Positions 51,301-58,976 of a stretch of 64,000 nt of DNA are shown piece after piece (within the stretch, counting starts at the first letter, position 1; each line of letters opens with the position of its first letter). The translations under genes and the position numbers were made by a program. The stretch is from Hydrolagus affinis. Lineage: Eukaryota. The stretch covers positions 62,001-126,000 of the forward strand of contig JAAILG010000169.1 of assembly GCA_012026655.1 (NCBI GenBank). The letters run 5' to 3'. The notes under the pieces were generated by a model. That model did no database searches and had not been told where the DNA came from. It saw only the letters and a program-made list of their open reading frames with translations.

Positions 51301-52522
51301 TGAGGTGACACCAAACGGCAATCGACAGGGTGGAGACACCTGATCTAGACTATGAGAGCTCAACTTGGGGCTTGAACCTAGAATCTACTGGCTGAAGAAG
51401 CAAGAGGACTACAACCGCGCCAGGCTGACACCTAAATGAGGAGATGGTTAGCCGTTATCAGGGGGGCCAAGGACTGGTTGAAGGAGCAGTCATGCTCATC
51501 GATAAGGTCTAACCTTGCATGGTGCACAAGGGCAAGTTCAGGAGCCCAGAGATGAGCTCCGATTCCATCAGGGTGAGAGAGAGAGAGAGAGAGAATGTAA
51601 TAAGACACAAGCGGAGGCAAAGGAGCCAAAAAGTGTAAGACGTCACATTATGAGCTACAGCAGTGCATCGCAGCACAGAACCCAGCAGGTGCTTTCAGTA
51701 ATAAATTAGCTGCAGCTACACTGGCATACACAGCTCTGCACTATGACACCTTTTTGAAATCATTAGCAATTGTCACGGTTTCACACCATCTCCCTCGCTC
51801 TTCTTCCTCCCCCTTCCTCCCCCACTCCCTCCCCCCACCTCGCTCCCCCCCAGGCTGTTGTAGCTGTTAAACCTCAGCTGTGGTGACAGCAGTGCACTGA
51901 ACCTCAAGCTAATCCTATGGTAGGCACGTGGAGCCAGAGACACTGCCGAGTTTCCTCCACTGAACCGACTGTACGTCTCCAAGGCAACAGGTTTGCAGTC
52001 GGGCGGCTCCCTGGGAGTGGGTTGCGAAGGCGGCGAGTTCCGTCTCTCGAGAGGGGGGACATTCAGACATGGCACAGAAAGCCAAGAAGATAACAAGAAA
52101 GGACATTGATCCCTCCCCCATGCCTGTAAACTAACAAAATCTAAACCAGCTCCCCCCCTCCACCCCAGCCCTATCAGTACTGAGCTCCTGTGCTACTCAG
52201 CCCAATATCCAAGTGAGGCAAGTACTGTCATTTCAGAACTATTGAATAGAATCACTTTTTGACCTGCAACCTGACCACTGCAGTCATTACGTCCATTCAG
52301 CGAATGTCCACTCTCTAGAATTCCATCCTGGAGCCCGTCCACCTCACCCTCTCCATCACCACCTTCAAAGTTCGTCTTAAGACCTTTCTTTTTGACTGTG
52401 ATATTGGTCACCTATCTTTGCCCCACGTCCAGCCCAGGCTCCCAGCCAGCCCTGTGAAGCGCTTGGGAGAGGTTTTCCATATATCAAAGGCGCTTTGTAA
52501 ATGTAAAGTTCTTGTTGTTGGT

Positions 52523-52563
<41 letters not shown>

Positions 52564-55371
52564 TGGTTGGTTGTGGGTGGAGAATGGAGGTTGCAAGATC
52601 TAGCTTTGATGTTTAGGCAGCAAAGGTGCACTGTGTTTGAGGTTACAAACCCTGCATTGTGCATACACTTTGTCTCCTCGGGCACCTGCCAAGCCTGCCT
52701 CACCTCTAACCCGCGCAGAGCACCGTTTCTGGGTCTGTGGCTACAGCGTTTTAACCTTATTTTTCAACCTCAACCCTAAGATGACTTGCCCCTAAATGGA
52801 ATCACTACTGAGGTGCTGCCCGCATCCCTGTGTCTCTAAATTAAAGCTACTTACGTTTTACGCTGAATTCTGACTTACGCTGCAAAAGCATTCAGAGAGG
52901 TATCTTAGTTTACCGACCGCCAGCAACAAAACAGCAAGGAGCGGAGGCCGGGAGATGGGCTTGGAAATAATCATGGGATTTGGATTCCCCCCCACTCCCC
53001 CCCTCCAACCCTTCCTTTGCTTCTGTTAAGAGACGTTCAAAATAAATAAGTCAGAAAACAGCTGGGTTAATTTCAAGCACATTGTAGGAATCCAGGAGTG
53101 TACACCAGCAGGAAAAAGAGACCTCTGTCCCAAATGAGAATGCAATGCTGCGATCAGGCAATCAATTACACAGTGGCAAGCAGGAGTGTTGTAAAGCGTC
53201 TGCAGACCACAATGAACGTTCAGACCGAAGGTCCTGGGAATGTGATCCTCCCAAGGGTGCAATGGCACATCCTGGCCAGCAGAGGGCAAACGCAACCAAT
53301 GTTAAGAAGGGCTCCCGTAAAGTTAAATCATCATTGCGTTCGATCGAGCTGCGGAATCACGTCGTCGAGAAGTTTCACAGTCCTTCACGCCATGTAACGC
53401 TTGTAACAATAAACAATGATCATTTGAGATAAGTGCCTTATTAGGCCGTCAAAGACACCCCAAGGTGGACTGGTGCGGGCAAACACGGCAGGCAATTCAC
53501 AACGCAGCAAATAAAAGTTACATAAACTGCCACAAAGTGGGACGACCAATTTTGTCTAGGGGATTGTTGGAAAGGATACCAGGAGGAGATCCCATGTTTT
53601 CGAGTGTTGCTGCAGGATGTTTAATATCCACCTAAACAGTCAGATGGGACCTTGGAATAATGTCTCCTCCGAAGGATGGCATGCGATGAGAGGGAGAGGC
53701 CCATGTATGTTTTGCCAACATTTTATTGAAACAGAAATACATTTACTTTCCATCAAGTGAAGTTCGCTTGGGGTGGGAGGGAGAGGGAGAGAACGAATTT
53801 AAGTGTTTTTCAGGCTGTGAGTACAAGCAGTACATTTCCTGTCTCGGACCGACTCCAGCAGTTACTGTGTGTAAAGGTGATTTGGGAGAAACTGTTTGTT
53901 AAAGAAAGAGACGGAAAGGTTAAGGGGGAGTAGATGTGGGGAGGGGGGGGGTGGTGGGGGGCGGGGGGAAAGATATTCTCTGCCTGGTTCCTTCTCCACG
54001 CAACATGAAGGATCAAGACTGCAAATTGTTCCTTCTGCCCAGCTATGCACAAACCCGCTCAGATCACTGCTCGCACCGAAGTCACACAATCAAAGAGGAA
54101 TCTTTGGCACTTGGTGAGTCTTGTATGAGTTTTTTTTTAATTGAAAACTCTTGTAAACTCTCAACCAGTCTTAAAAGCACAGTCTCTACACTGCAGTATC
54201 ATGAACTCAGAGGTGTCCCTCCTCATATGAAAGACTCCATGTCAAATGTAAGGATTATTATCTTCAAGTGATAATTATGCTCTACAAACTAAAGCAGCCA
54301 GGGGCTCAAATCATCTCTCACTAACCTTTTCTCTTGATCGCATGTCTACAAAATACAGTCACTACATTTCACACTTTGAGATGTTTCTCCCCACACAAAA
54401 GGCGCGATATCAAATACAAATATTATCGAAAGAATGATCTTACTATACACGGACCCTGACTTAACTTAAGCGCAAGAGTCTGTATTCTTGCTAAAGACAC
54501 CTCGGTGAGGTGCGAGAGAGCTTGTGAATTAGCCAGTGCTGCCCAGCCAGTAATGTTAAGTGCTTTGAGACCTCTTCCCGGCATGAAAAACGCTACATCC
54601 TCTGGAAGTGTGGGTTCGTATCCCACTCCTGACACTTTCCAGGACCTTGGGACATCCTCCTGACATGAAAGGCGCTATACAAGTGTAATTTTGTTGTTAT
54701 TTTGTTGTATATAAATGTAAGTATACTTTGCAGTGTAACTATCTGAGCTGAGCTACTGCCTTAAAGAGAGAAAAAAGGATTTCCTTCCCCTTTACTGCCA
54801 GGCTGGGAGTGAAACTGAGCTGTACAGACAAGTCCCAGATTAAATCACTCATTTGTACTACATTGATCAAGTTTCAGTGTGGGTGATACTCTACATGTTA
54901 TAGGGTCTCAAGACAGCGTTCCCAGGGTCCCTGTCATTCTCCAGCCTAAGGCCGGCACAGGAGAGAGACCCGCCCGGTTGAGAATGGTCAATTGGATGAG
55001 ATGCCTATAGGGGGGCTTGACATCCACAGGGCTGCAGCCCAACAAATGTCAGTGGCTTCAGAGTCGAGGAGAGTAGAAGACACGGGGAGGCGGGGGGGCG
55101 CTGGAGAGAAAGGTACACACCGCGTATATCATTTAAATCCCCATGAATACAGTGCAACTCAAATCAGACACCCAACATATCTGCGGCTCCTACCTGCAGT
55201 CATACTTTTCTAGTTCAAAATGTGGGTTGAAGTTCAGTAGGATCCTCTGGTTGGCTTCAGGAGCGTAGATGACCCACTCGCACCGCTGGTGTGCGCTGTA
55301 ATCCTGCGGGTATCCGGGAGACGTGATGTAACCGGCCTCTTTGGCATTTAAACGCGCCCCGCATGGCTCTC
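2916..55371 (-). CDS. NRP2: Neuropilin-2, multi-exon gene (exons 2-17; exon 1 not in window), with NRP2a and NRP2b alternative 3' ends
   Basis: Spliced translation gives CUB-CUB-FV/VIII-FV/VIII-linker-MAM-TM-cytoplasmic tail. It has the NRP2-specific b-type tail (QPIPTYWYYIMAGGG...) and the a-type tail (WLYSLDPILVTIIAMSSLG...CCSEA). All junctions are GT-AG with matching phases. Confidence 0.97.
3408..3633 (-). mobile_element. tRNA-derived SINE, 5'-truncated copy
   Basis: Reverse complement of the body and tail of the 24573 family. Confidence 0.85.
5598..5666 (-). CDS. NRP2: Probable NRP2a linker exon (16a equivalent), 69 nt
   Basis: Pyrimidine tract tcccccaattttcgttacag|AG GGT GAA ... CGC AAA G|gtaaat; phase 1-1, open frame GEMFSSNTDGIQHRPHGRDFRK. 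Called from splice signals, phase and position; sequence homology is weak. Confidence 0.6.
6565..6813. mobile_element. Palindromic MITE-like element (~250 bp)
   Basis: Perfect 18-bp inverted repeat cacctcggtctagattta (6589-6606) / taaatctagaccgaggtg (6773-6790). It extends imperfectly outward (aaacac..gggagaaat) and inward. Confidence 0.7.
9915..10215 (-). mobile_element. L2-clade LINE 3' fragment
   Basis: Frameshifted remnants of the typical L2 ORF2 C-terminus (STIGGRAFSHYAPK / IIKSHLKTFLFDCAF) followed by a (ttg)n-type tail. Confidence 0.75.
12525..12725 (+). mobile_element. Older Deu-domain SINE, 3' part
   Basis: ttgtgagacattgctgtgcttaaattggctgccgctttcacccac...gaaagatgctacatcaaatgtaaggattatt. 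Confidence 0.7.
14230..14484 (-). mobile_element. tRNA-derived SINE with internal deletion of the box B region
   Basis: Tail, body and box A (tgctctaaccactgagc on +) are present; the segment carrying box B is missing. Confidence 0.85.
15437..15781 (-). terminator. Candidate polyadenylation signals for NRP2b 3'UTR
   Basis: AATAAA on the minus strand at 15776-15781 and 15437-15442, within an AT-rich stretch with no recognisable interspersed repeat downstream of the 16b stop. Confidence 0.4.
16259..16539 (-). CDS. NRP2: NRP2b-specific terminal exon (16b): TM helix and b-type cytoplasmic tail
   Basis: ctctctccaccag|AG GCA CAC ...; AHPAGSEPTVESVSVQPIPTYWYYIMAGGGAVVVLLSISLGMVLYRQHYRYAAKKSVHS...VEPALTIKLEKDDYSSNC*. 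Closely resembles mammalian NRP2b (EPTVDTVPMQPIPAYWYYVMAAGG...TIKLEQDRGSHC). Confidence 0.95.
18269..18316 (-). CDS. NRP2: NRP2 exon 15 (stalk micro-exon), 48 nt
   Basis: tattttatttgcag|AA CCC ATC TCT GCT TTT ... CCA G|gtaagt; PISAFPGIGPPNPPP. PISAF matches the mammalian EPISAFA micro-exon. Confidence 0.9.
18902..18998 (-). CDS. NRP2: NRP2 exon 14 (end of MAM), 97 nt
   Basis: tctcag|GTT ATC ATC ... TGC ATC C|gtaagt; VIIEGIIGSGVGGEIAIDDIAIVTHLSLDQCI. Confidence 0.94.
19211..19473 (-). CDS. NRP2: NRP2 exon 13 (MAM), 263 nt
   Basis: tttccag|AT AAA TGG ... TAT CAG|gtaaga; KWNYLQIEGSTTGSGKHARLLSPIV...WSLRGDQGDKWKEGKIILPGYNTDYQ. Confidence 0.95.
21867..22019 (-). CDS. NRP2: NRP2 exon 12 (start of MAM/c), 153 nt
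   Basis: tatgcag|AT ATC AAG ... GTC ACA G|gtaaac; IKSSIEGFNCSFKDMGDNELCGWSHDPTVESKWRSHSESPETGLGQDHVT. Confidence 0.92.
22385..22700 (-). mobile_element. L2-clade LINE 3' fragment
   Basis: Tail aacaacttgcgtttatatagcac plus degenerate ORF2 C-terminus (LIFKSLHPLSSPYISDLL). Confidence 0.65.
24573..24887 (+). mobile_element. Full-length tRNA-derived SINE (young family)
   Basis: Box A tagctcagtggttag, box B ggttcaattcc, body gtgggacactgctgtgcacaatt, L2-type 3' stem-loop and (tat)n tail. Several homologous copies occur in the window. Confidence 0.9.
24902..25018 (-). CDS. NRP2: NRP2 exon 11 (b2-MAM linker), 117 nt
   Basis: attcttccag|AG CCC ACC ... ATT CCT G|gtgagt; PTTSAATLLPTRSDGENVTEAPCVDENDPACIDHPDIP. 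Phase 1-1, Thr/Pro-rich with two Cys, in the expected position between exons 10 and 12. Confidence 0.88.
26130..26229. other. Assembly gap (100 N) in NRP2 intron 10
   Basis: Run of exactly 100 N, a typical placeholder for a gap of unknown size. Confidence 0.98.
26600..26830 (-). mobile_element. Old Deu-domain SINE fragment
   Basis: caggacacc...ttcgaatagtgacacgggatctttagtgtccacctaaacaggcagatggggcctc...ggggcttgaacc...caactgagccagg. Confidence 0.65.
28062..29065 (-). mobile_element. Old Deu-domain SINE interrupted by the hAT MITE
   Basis: Tail at 28062-28236; Deu core and head at 28804-29065 (aatagtgccataaaatcttaaatgtccatctg...gggaccttggtttaatatcttatctgaaggacagcacctcc). Confidence 0.7.
28245..28795. 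mobile_element. Non-autonomous hAT-superfamily DNA transposon (MITE), 551 bp
   Basis: Perfect 8-bp TSD atgtaaag (28237-28244 and 28796-28803). Imperfect TIRs tagggtccagcgatat / revcomp tagtgtccgtcgatat (13/16). Many subterminal atatcgg/ccgatat repeats. Confidence 0.9.
29351..29495 (-). CDS. NRP2: NRP2 exon 10 (end of b2), 145 nt
   Basis: tccag|CTG TTT GAA GGG ... TTC ATT G|gtatgt; LFEGNTNYDTPEIRRFESVPARYVRVYPERWSPAGIGMRMELLGCDFI. This frame is not in the ORF track. Confidence 0.96.
30327..30685 (-). CDS. NRP2: NRP2 exon 9 (FV/VIII b2), 359 nt
   Basis: gcgcag|AA GGA CCT TGC ... CAC AAG|gtaggt; GPCSDTLGMLSGLISDSQITASS...EWLQVDLLIPKLVRAIIIQGARG...AFVRRFKLAHSMNG. Confidence 0.96.
31485..31930 (-). 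mobile_element. L2-clade LINE 3' fragment next to the exon 8 donor
   Basis: Remnants such as FKALDGL and PSACALWNSMPQSF..ALSRHDSRP, plus an L2-type tail at ~31490-31550. Confidence 0.65.
31961..32105 (-). CDS. NRP2: NRP2 exon 8 (end of b1), 145 nt
   Basis: ttgcag|ATA TTT TCA ... ATC ACA G|gtattg; IFSANSDGNEVVLNTLTPPVLGRFVRIKPQEWHNGISLRLEVYGCQIT. Confidence 0.96.
33490..33780. repeat. Degenerate minisatellite (~26-28 bp unit)
   Basis: Recurring gagtgttacagt...gttatat(c/g)a motifs at roughly regular spacing. Confidence 0.65.
36915..37170 (-). mobile_element. Old CR1-like 3' fragment
   Basis: agcacagaagaaggccatttgttccatc...ggcagagcattccacatcctaccaactctctgtgtaaaataattcctc. Confidence 0.55.
41484..41639 (-). 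CDS. NRP2: NRP2 exon 7 (b1), 156 nt
   Basis: cctgcag|GTG GAT TTT ... CAC AAG|gtaagg; VDFGFLKTLTGIATQGAISVDTGKIYYVKTYRLEVSTNGEDWMTYRQGKNHK. Confidence 0.96.
41930..42280 (-). mobile_element. Old Deu-domain SINE (SacSINE1/AmnSINE-like)
   Basis: Reverse complement resembles the Deu core (gatgagacgttaaaccgaggtcc...ggtggatttaaa..atcccacggcac) followed by a degenerate tRNA head. Confidence 0.7.
43645..43814 (-). CDS. NRP2: NRP2 exon 6 (FV/VIII b1), 170 nt
   Basis: tcctag|CT TAT CAG TGC ... ATT CAG|gtacat; YQCNAPLGMESREISNMQITALSSYTLGNWEPHQARLNYPTNGWTPNEDSSKEWIQ. Confidence 0.95.
44456..44611 (-). CDS. NRP2: NRP2 exon 5 (CUB2, C-half), 156 nt
   Basis: gagcag|TT GGC CCT CTG ... ACA GAG T|gtaagt; GPLIGRYCGVTILPVIHSGTGILSLIFHTDMAVAKDGFSAQYNITQKEPTE. 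Confidence 0.95.
45285..45515 (-). CDS. NRP2: NRP2 exon 4 (CUB2/a2), 231 nt
   Basis: cacag|GG TCT GAA GAT ... CCT CAG G|gtaagt; [34 protein letters not shown]...CRYDRLDVWDGLPQ. Confidence 0.96.
47649..47830 (-). CDS. NRP2: NRP2 exon 3 (CUB1, C-half), 182 nt
   Basis: ctcag|G TAT GAC TTC ... CGC ACA G|gtcagt; YDFIEIRDGEGISADLLGKHCGSIAPSSIISSGPMLYIKFVSDYAHQGAGFSLRYEIFRT. Confidence 0.96.
48295..48350. repeat. Compound microsatellite (GT)n(GA)n(GAGT)n
   Basis: Directly visible. Confidence 0.9.
49040..49180 (-). mobile_element. tRNA-derived SINE, partial copy
   Basis: cccacaaacagtcgtggattgaaa...ggattattattaggtgtgtggagtaaggaaacttgtccaaggtt. Confidence 0.8.
49191..49258. repeat. Compound microsatellite (GGAT)n(GGGA)n
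   Basis: Directly visible. Confidence 0.9.
50322..50645 (-). mobile_element. tRNA-derived SINE, long subfamily
   Basis: Same tail and body as the 24573 family plus an extra ~63-bp segment at 50521-50583. Confidence 0.8.
50780..51432 (-). mobile_element. Old Deu-domain SINE, split by an insertion at 51087-51342
   Basis: ttggccaggacaccaagagaaactcc...agtagtgccatgagatctttaatgttcacctg, with the head ggggcttgaacc...gccaggctgacac after the insert. Confidence 0.65.
51087..51342. mobile_element. Old hAT-Charlie-like MITE nested in a DeuSINE
   Basis: Ends cagggatcacca / tggagacacctg (9/12 inverted match). Flanks ccttaggc / atctagac resemble a decayed NTCTAGAN target duplication. It splits a DeuSINE that resumes at 51343. 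Confidence 0.55.
52525..52562. repeat. (GT)n microsatellite
   Basis: Directly visible; it extends an L2-type (ttg)n tail. Confidence 0.9.
53420..53690 (-). mobile_element. Old Deu-domain SINE fragment
   Basis: ggatgtttaatatccacctaaacagtcagatgggaccttggaataatgtctcctccgaaggatggca. Confidence 0.6.
54598..54634 (+). pseudogene. 3' half of a tRNA-Leu(CAG)-like sequence
   Basis: tcctctggaagtgtgggttcgtatcccactcctgaca vs recalled vertebrate tRNA-Leu-CAG 3' end tcccctggaggcgtgggttcgaatcccactcctgaca (33/37). There is no 5' half. Confidence 0.75.
55194..55371 (-). CDS. NRP2: NRP2 exon 2 (CUB1/a1, N-half), 178 nt
   Basis: ttaacgcag|GA GAG CCA TGC ... GAC TGC AG|gtagga; EPCGARLNAKEAGYITSPGYPQDYSAHQRCEWVIYAPEANQRILLNFNPHFELEKYDCR. 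Not in the ORF track. Confidence 0.96.
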
Positions 55372-55574
55372 CTGCGTTAAAACGAAACCACAGTCAATAC
55401 TCTCACTGAGAAATGCTCAGCCTTAAGTCACAATAGGAAAACATTACATTGTAGAGTAAACGGGTGAAGAGATGGAAAGTGCGATTCATCATTTAAAAAC
55501 TTGGTGATTTAGGAAAAACAGTCAGCGGCGGCACAAATTGCCCATTTCTGTACCCGCCAAAAAACGTCGGTTTC

Positions 55575-56225
55575 TAAAAGTAGGTGTGGGGTTAGAGCAA
55601 CTGAACCCTGCGTTGCACAGTCTAGGTGCAGTACTGGGGCTGCGTTATTAAGAGGTGCCTTTGGATGAGACGTTCAACTGAGGTTCTGCCCGTCTGTTCA
55701 TCCGAAGCACTAATCGAAAAACAATGGGAGCAAATTGGCTGCTGCATTCACCTACAAAAAAAACAGTCACTCCACTACTAAGTGTTTTGAGACATCGTGG
55801 TGATGTAATAAGGCACTATGTTAAATATAAGGATACTTAAGACAGATATAACTTCAGCAAATGACAATAACAATGGGGAGGGCGATGCGATTCCCTCCCA
55901 AGTTCTGCAGGCAGGGGCAGCTCGAAGCCTGGTAATCCACGTGTGGACAAGTTAATTGGAAAGGGACGATGAGTGTCGATGAGATGTTAAACCAAGGTCC
56001 CTTCTGCCAGCTCAGGAAGGGAGGGAGCGTTAAAAGATTTAGTAACACTACCTAAAAAAGAAATGGGTGTTTCTCTCTGTATCCTGGCCAACGACCTTCC
56101 AAATTAAAGGTTTTGATATGTGCAAAATAGCTGTTGTGTTTGCCTATGAAAAAAACAACGGCACTGTGATTGGCAATAATTACTGAAAAGCAGTCACTTG
56201 AAATGTTTCCAATGTGATAGGAGCT
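55575..56225 (+). mobile_element. Two degraded Deu-domain SINE copies
   Basis: gaggtgcctttggatgagacgttcaactgagg (~55650) and gatgagatgttaaaccaaggtccc (~55980), each followed by body and tail remnants. Confidence 0.6.
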
Positions 56226-56924
56226 CCGTGAAAAAAAAATTCAAACACTTTTCTTTCTTCCGTTACCCATTTATTTACTGAAGCAGCGGGTTAAGTGTCT
56301 GTGCAGGGAGAGGGGACTTTCCTTAGTGACTGAACCCATGAACACAAGCCAGAAATAAGTCCTCAACTGGACAATGGGAAGATTTCCTGTACTGGTGAGG
56401 TGTTCCAGCCAAGGCAGCAGTTCTCAGTACTACCAGTTAGCCATGAGAGAACATAGATGTAGGAAGCTCACAGTGCATGTAGCTATCAGCCCACCTCTCT
56501 TGTTAATTCTGCAGAGAGAAGGACTTGTCAAAAGATCTGGACTCGTTTGCTTTCTTGAAGCCTGTTCTGTCAAGTTTATAATTAAAAAAAAACAACCTCA
56601 CAGTGTAAAGACACTCTCCTTGTCCACTCTCCAAAAGTGTTCACTTTTGCAAACAATCCTTTCAATGCAAGTCCAAATGTGACAGTGTTAACACCTCATT
56701 ATTCAAGACTAACAGCGGTGCGTAAATGTCGCACCACTTATATGCTTTTAAAGGTGCAGAGTTGCAACGGGAGACGCTCGTGCAAAAGCTCACTTTCCCC
56801 CCTGCCCCTTCCCACCAACCCCTCTGTGTGTGGGTGTGTGGGTGTGTTTGTGTCACAGGACACAGCTGTTCGCAAGGCAGCTATCACGGCTATCTCGTCC
56901 GACCACAACTTTACTGTTGAGGTA

Positions 56925-57136
56925 ATAATAATTCGTCAAAAAAAACACAATAATAAAAATGAGTTACTTTCGATCCACGACTGTTTGTGGGACACTGCTG
57001 TGCGCAATTGGCTGCTGTGTTTCGCCCACAAATATACAGTCAATTCACTTTACAGTATGTTCTTTGGGGCGCTCTGAGAGGTCGATAAGATGTGAAAAGC
57101 GCTATATCAAATGCAAGGATTATTATTATTATTATT
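56925..57136 (+). mobile_element. tRNA-derived SINE, 5'-truncated copy
   Basis: ccacgactgtttgtgggacactgctgtgcgcaattggctgc...gaaaagcgctatatcaaatgcaaggattattattatt. Confidence 0.85.
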
Positions 57137-58360
57137 TTCCCCCCACGAGCTGCACCAACCAGATCTGTCAATGCTCAATGTGTTGGAACACCAATGTAGA
57201 TTACACAAGACTGTGGAAAGCCCCTGTTGTAAAGTTGGAAGTGAAAGAAAAGCGATCATTGCAAATTAACCCTAGCCTTCCCTTTCTCCCCCCACCCCCC
57301 CCCCCCACCCCACCCCACCAGGAAAGCTCAAGGAAGGATCTACTGCTCCGAGCGCTCTCTCAGGCACGACAACAGATAATGGGGTGACAGTCTGTCCTAC
57401 CTGTTCTCGGGAGCCACAGCGTGTGGGAAATGAGGCCAGGCTAAAACATGGGGGTGGAAGGAGGGAGGAAAGGAATGTTTTTCATTTAACTTTGCTAATT
57501 AGCCCAATCAAGAGGTGGATTGTGTGAGCAATTTGGGTACAATTGCCGATGGGGAAATGGGGAAGAGGAGACAAGGATAGTCAGAGATATGGATACAGTA
57601 TTGGAACCGGTCAGATGGGGCTGCAGAGATCTTTTAAGCTCCTGTAACATGTCTACGTTCCTAGTACTGGTAGTTAAGAGTACAGCCAGGACAGGACAGC
57701 CCCCCCTCAGTTGGTCCATCGCCAACACAAAAGTTCTTGGATACAACTCTCAGCTTGTGGTGATGTCTCATTTTATACTGATGGAGACAAGAGGAGAAGA
57801 ATCATAACTCTGCAGCCAACATGTGATCTATCCGACTTTAGCATGCATGAGGGAGAGGGGAAAATCGAAGGGTATGGGAAGTATAAACACCAGCATGGAC
57901 AAGATCAATCAAACAGCCAATTTCCATGCTGTAGCATTATATGTAACCCTATGGTTGGGGAGTGGGGGGGTGGTTGGGGGAAAGAGAGAAAAAGTACAGA
58001 AAAGTGTTCCATCTCTCGCTTCACGAGCAATAAATAAAATAAGGGAGAAAATCTCTTCAGAAACTAAACAAAAGGTAAAAAGCGCCTTTTGAAAAGGCCA
58101 TTGTTTTCAGGGAGCTCTGGAATCGGCGAGATAGTGATTTATTCAGCGACTGGGAGATGGTGCGTATCTTAGCTGAACGCAGAGCGGCCTATCTGTGCAT
58201 CAGGTACCTAGATAAGAGCTGACTGATGACAGGAAGCATTCATATGACGAACAGCGCCCTTTTAAGCACATAAAGGACTCCTGTCCTCAGTCAATTCGCT
58301 TGTCCACGTACCTGATCCAGAGATAAGGCCTCTAGTATTTGAACGGGAACAATTGCAGGA

Positions 58361-58665
58361 GGAACATAGGAACAAAAGTAGGCCATTCAGCCCTTCGAGT
58401 CTGTTCCGCCATTTAATTAGATCATGGCTGATCTGCACCTCAACTAATCCCTTCAATTCCAATTTCTCCCTTTCCCTCCCATATATGTTAAGCGCCTTGG
58501 GACGTCCGCCCGACGTGAAAGGCGCTCTACAAATGTAATTTTGTTGTAGCTGTTGTTGTATTCCTCGATACCCTGACCCCGACTAAAAAATTATCAACTT
58601 CACTCTTGAAGGTGTGGATGGATCTAGCATCCACGACCTTTTGGTGGAGAGAATTTCAGATTTAG
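58361..58665 (-). mobile_element. CR1/HER1-like LINE 3' end with a nested L2 tail (58489-58558, + strand)
   Basis: aacataggaacaaaagtaggccattcagcccttcgagtctgttccgccatttaattagatcatggctgatctg is the reverse complement of the typical shark CR1-like 3'UTR. Confidence 0.75.
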
Positions 58666-58976
58666 AGCTCTAGCCACTGAGCTACAGATAGATTAATGCA
58701 GCCATTCTTGGGTAGGAATGAGATACACAACAGTTATATATCTGGAGTTATATGAGGGGTATGAAGTACTGGTTACTAAATCTACGCACTTTGATGGAGC
58801 CTCAAATCCTCAAACTGGCTGACAAATTCTGGATCAAGGGCTTGATTTCCCACCCTCCTCCTTACACTCTTCCTTATATTTCCCAGCTCCGAACTGGGCA
58901 AAATCCTGGGAGCCGAAACATGTCCTCTGGAGTTCAGCAATGGTTCGAGGCCAGAGGGAAGCAAAGGGAAGAAAAT

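Noticed and set aside
9535-58558. Recurring ~60-bp hairpin repeats considered as a CRISPR-like or regulatory array
   Set aside because: They are dispersed, in both orientations, with microsatellite tails and no regular spacers. They are retroposon tails in a eukaryotic genome.
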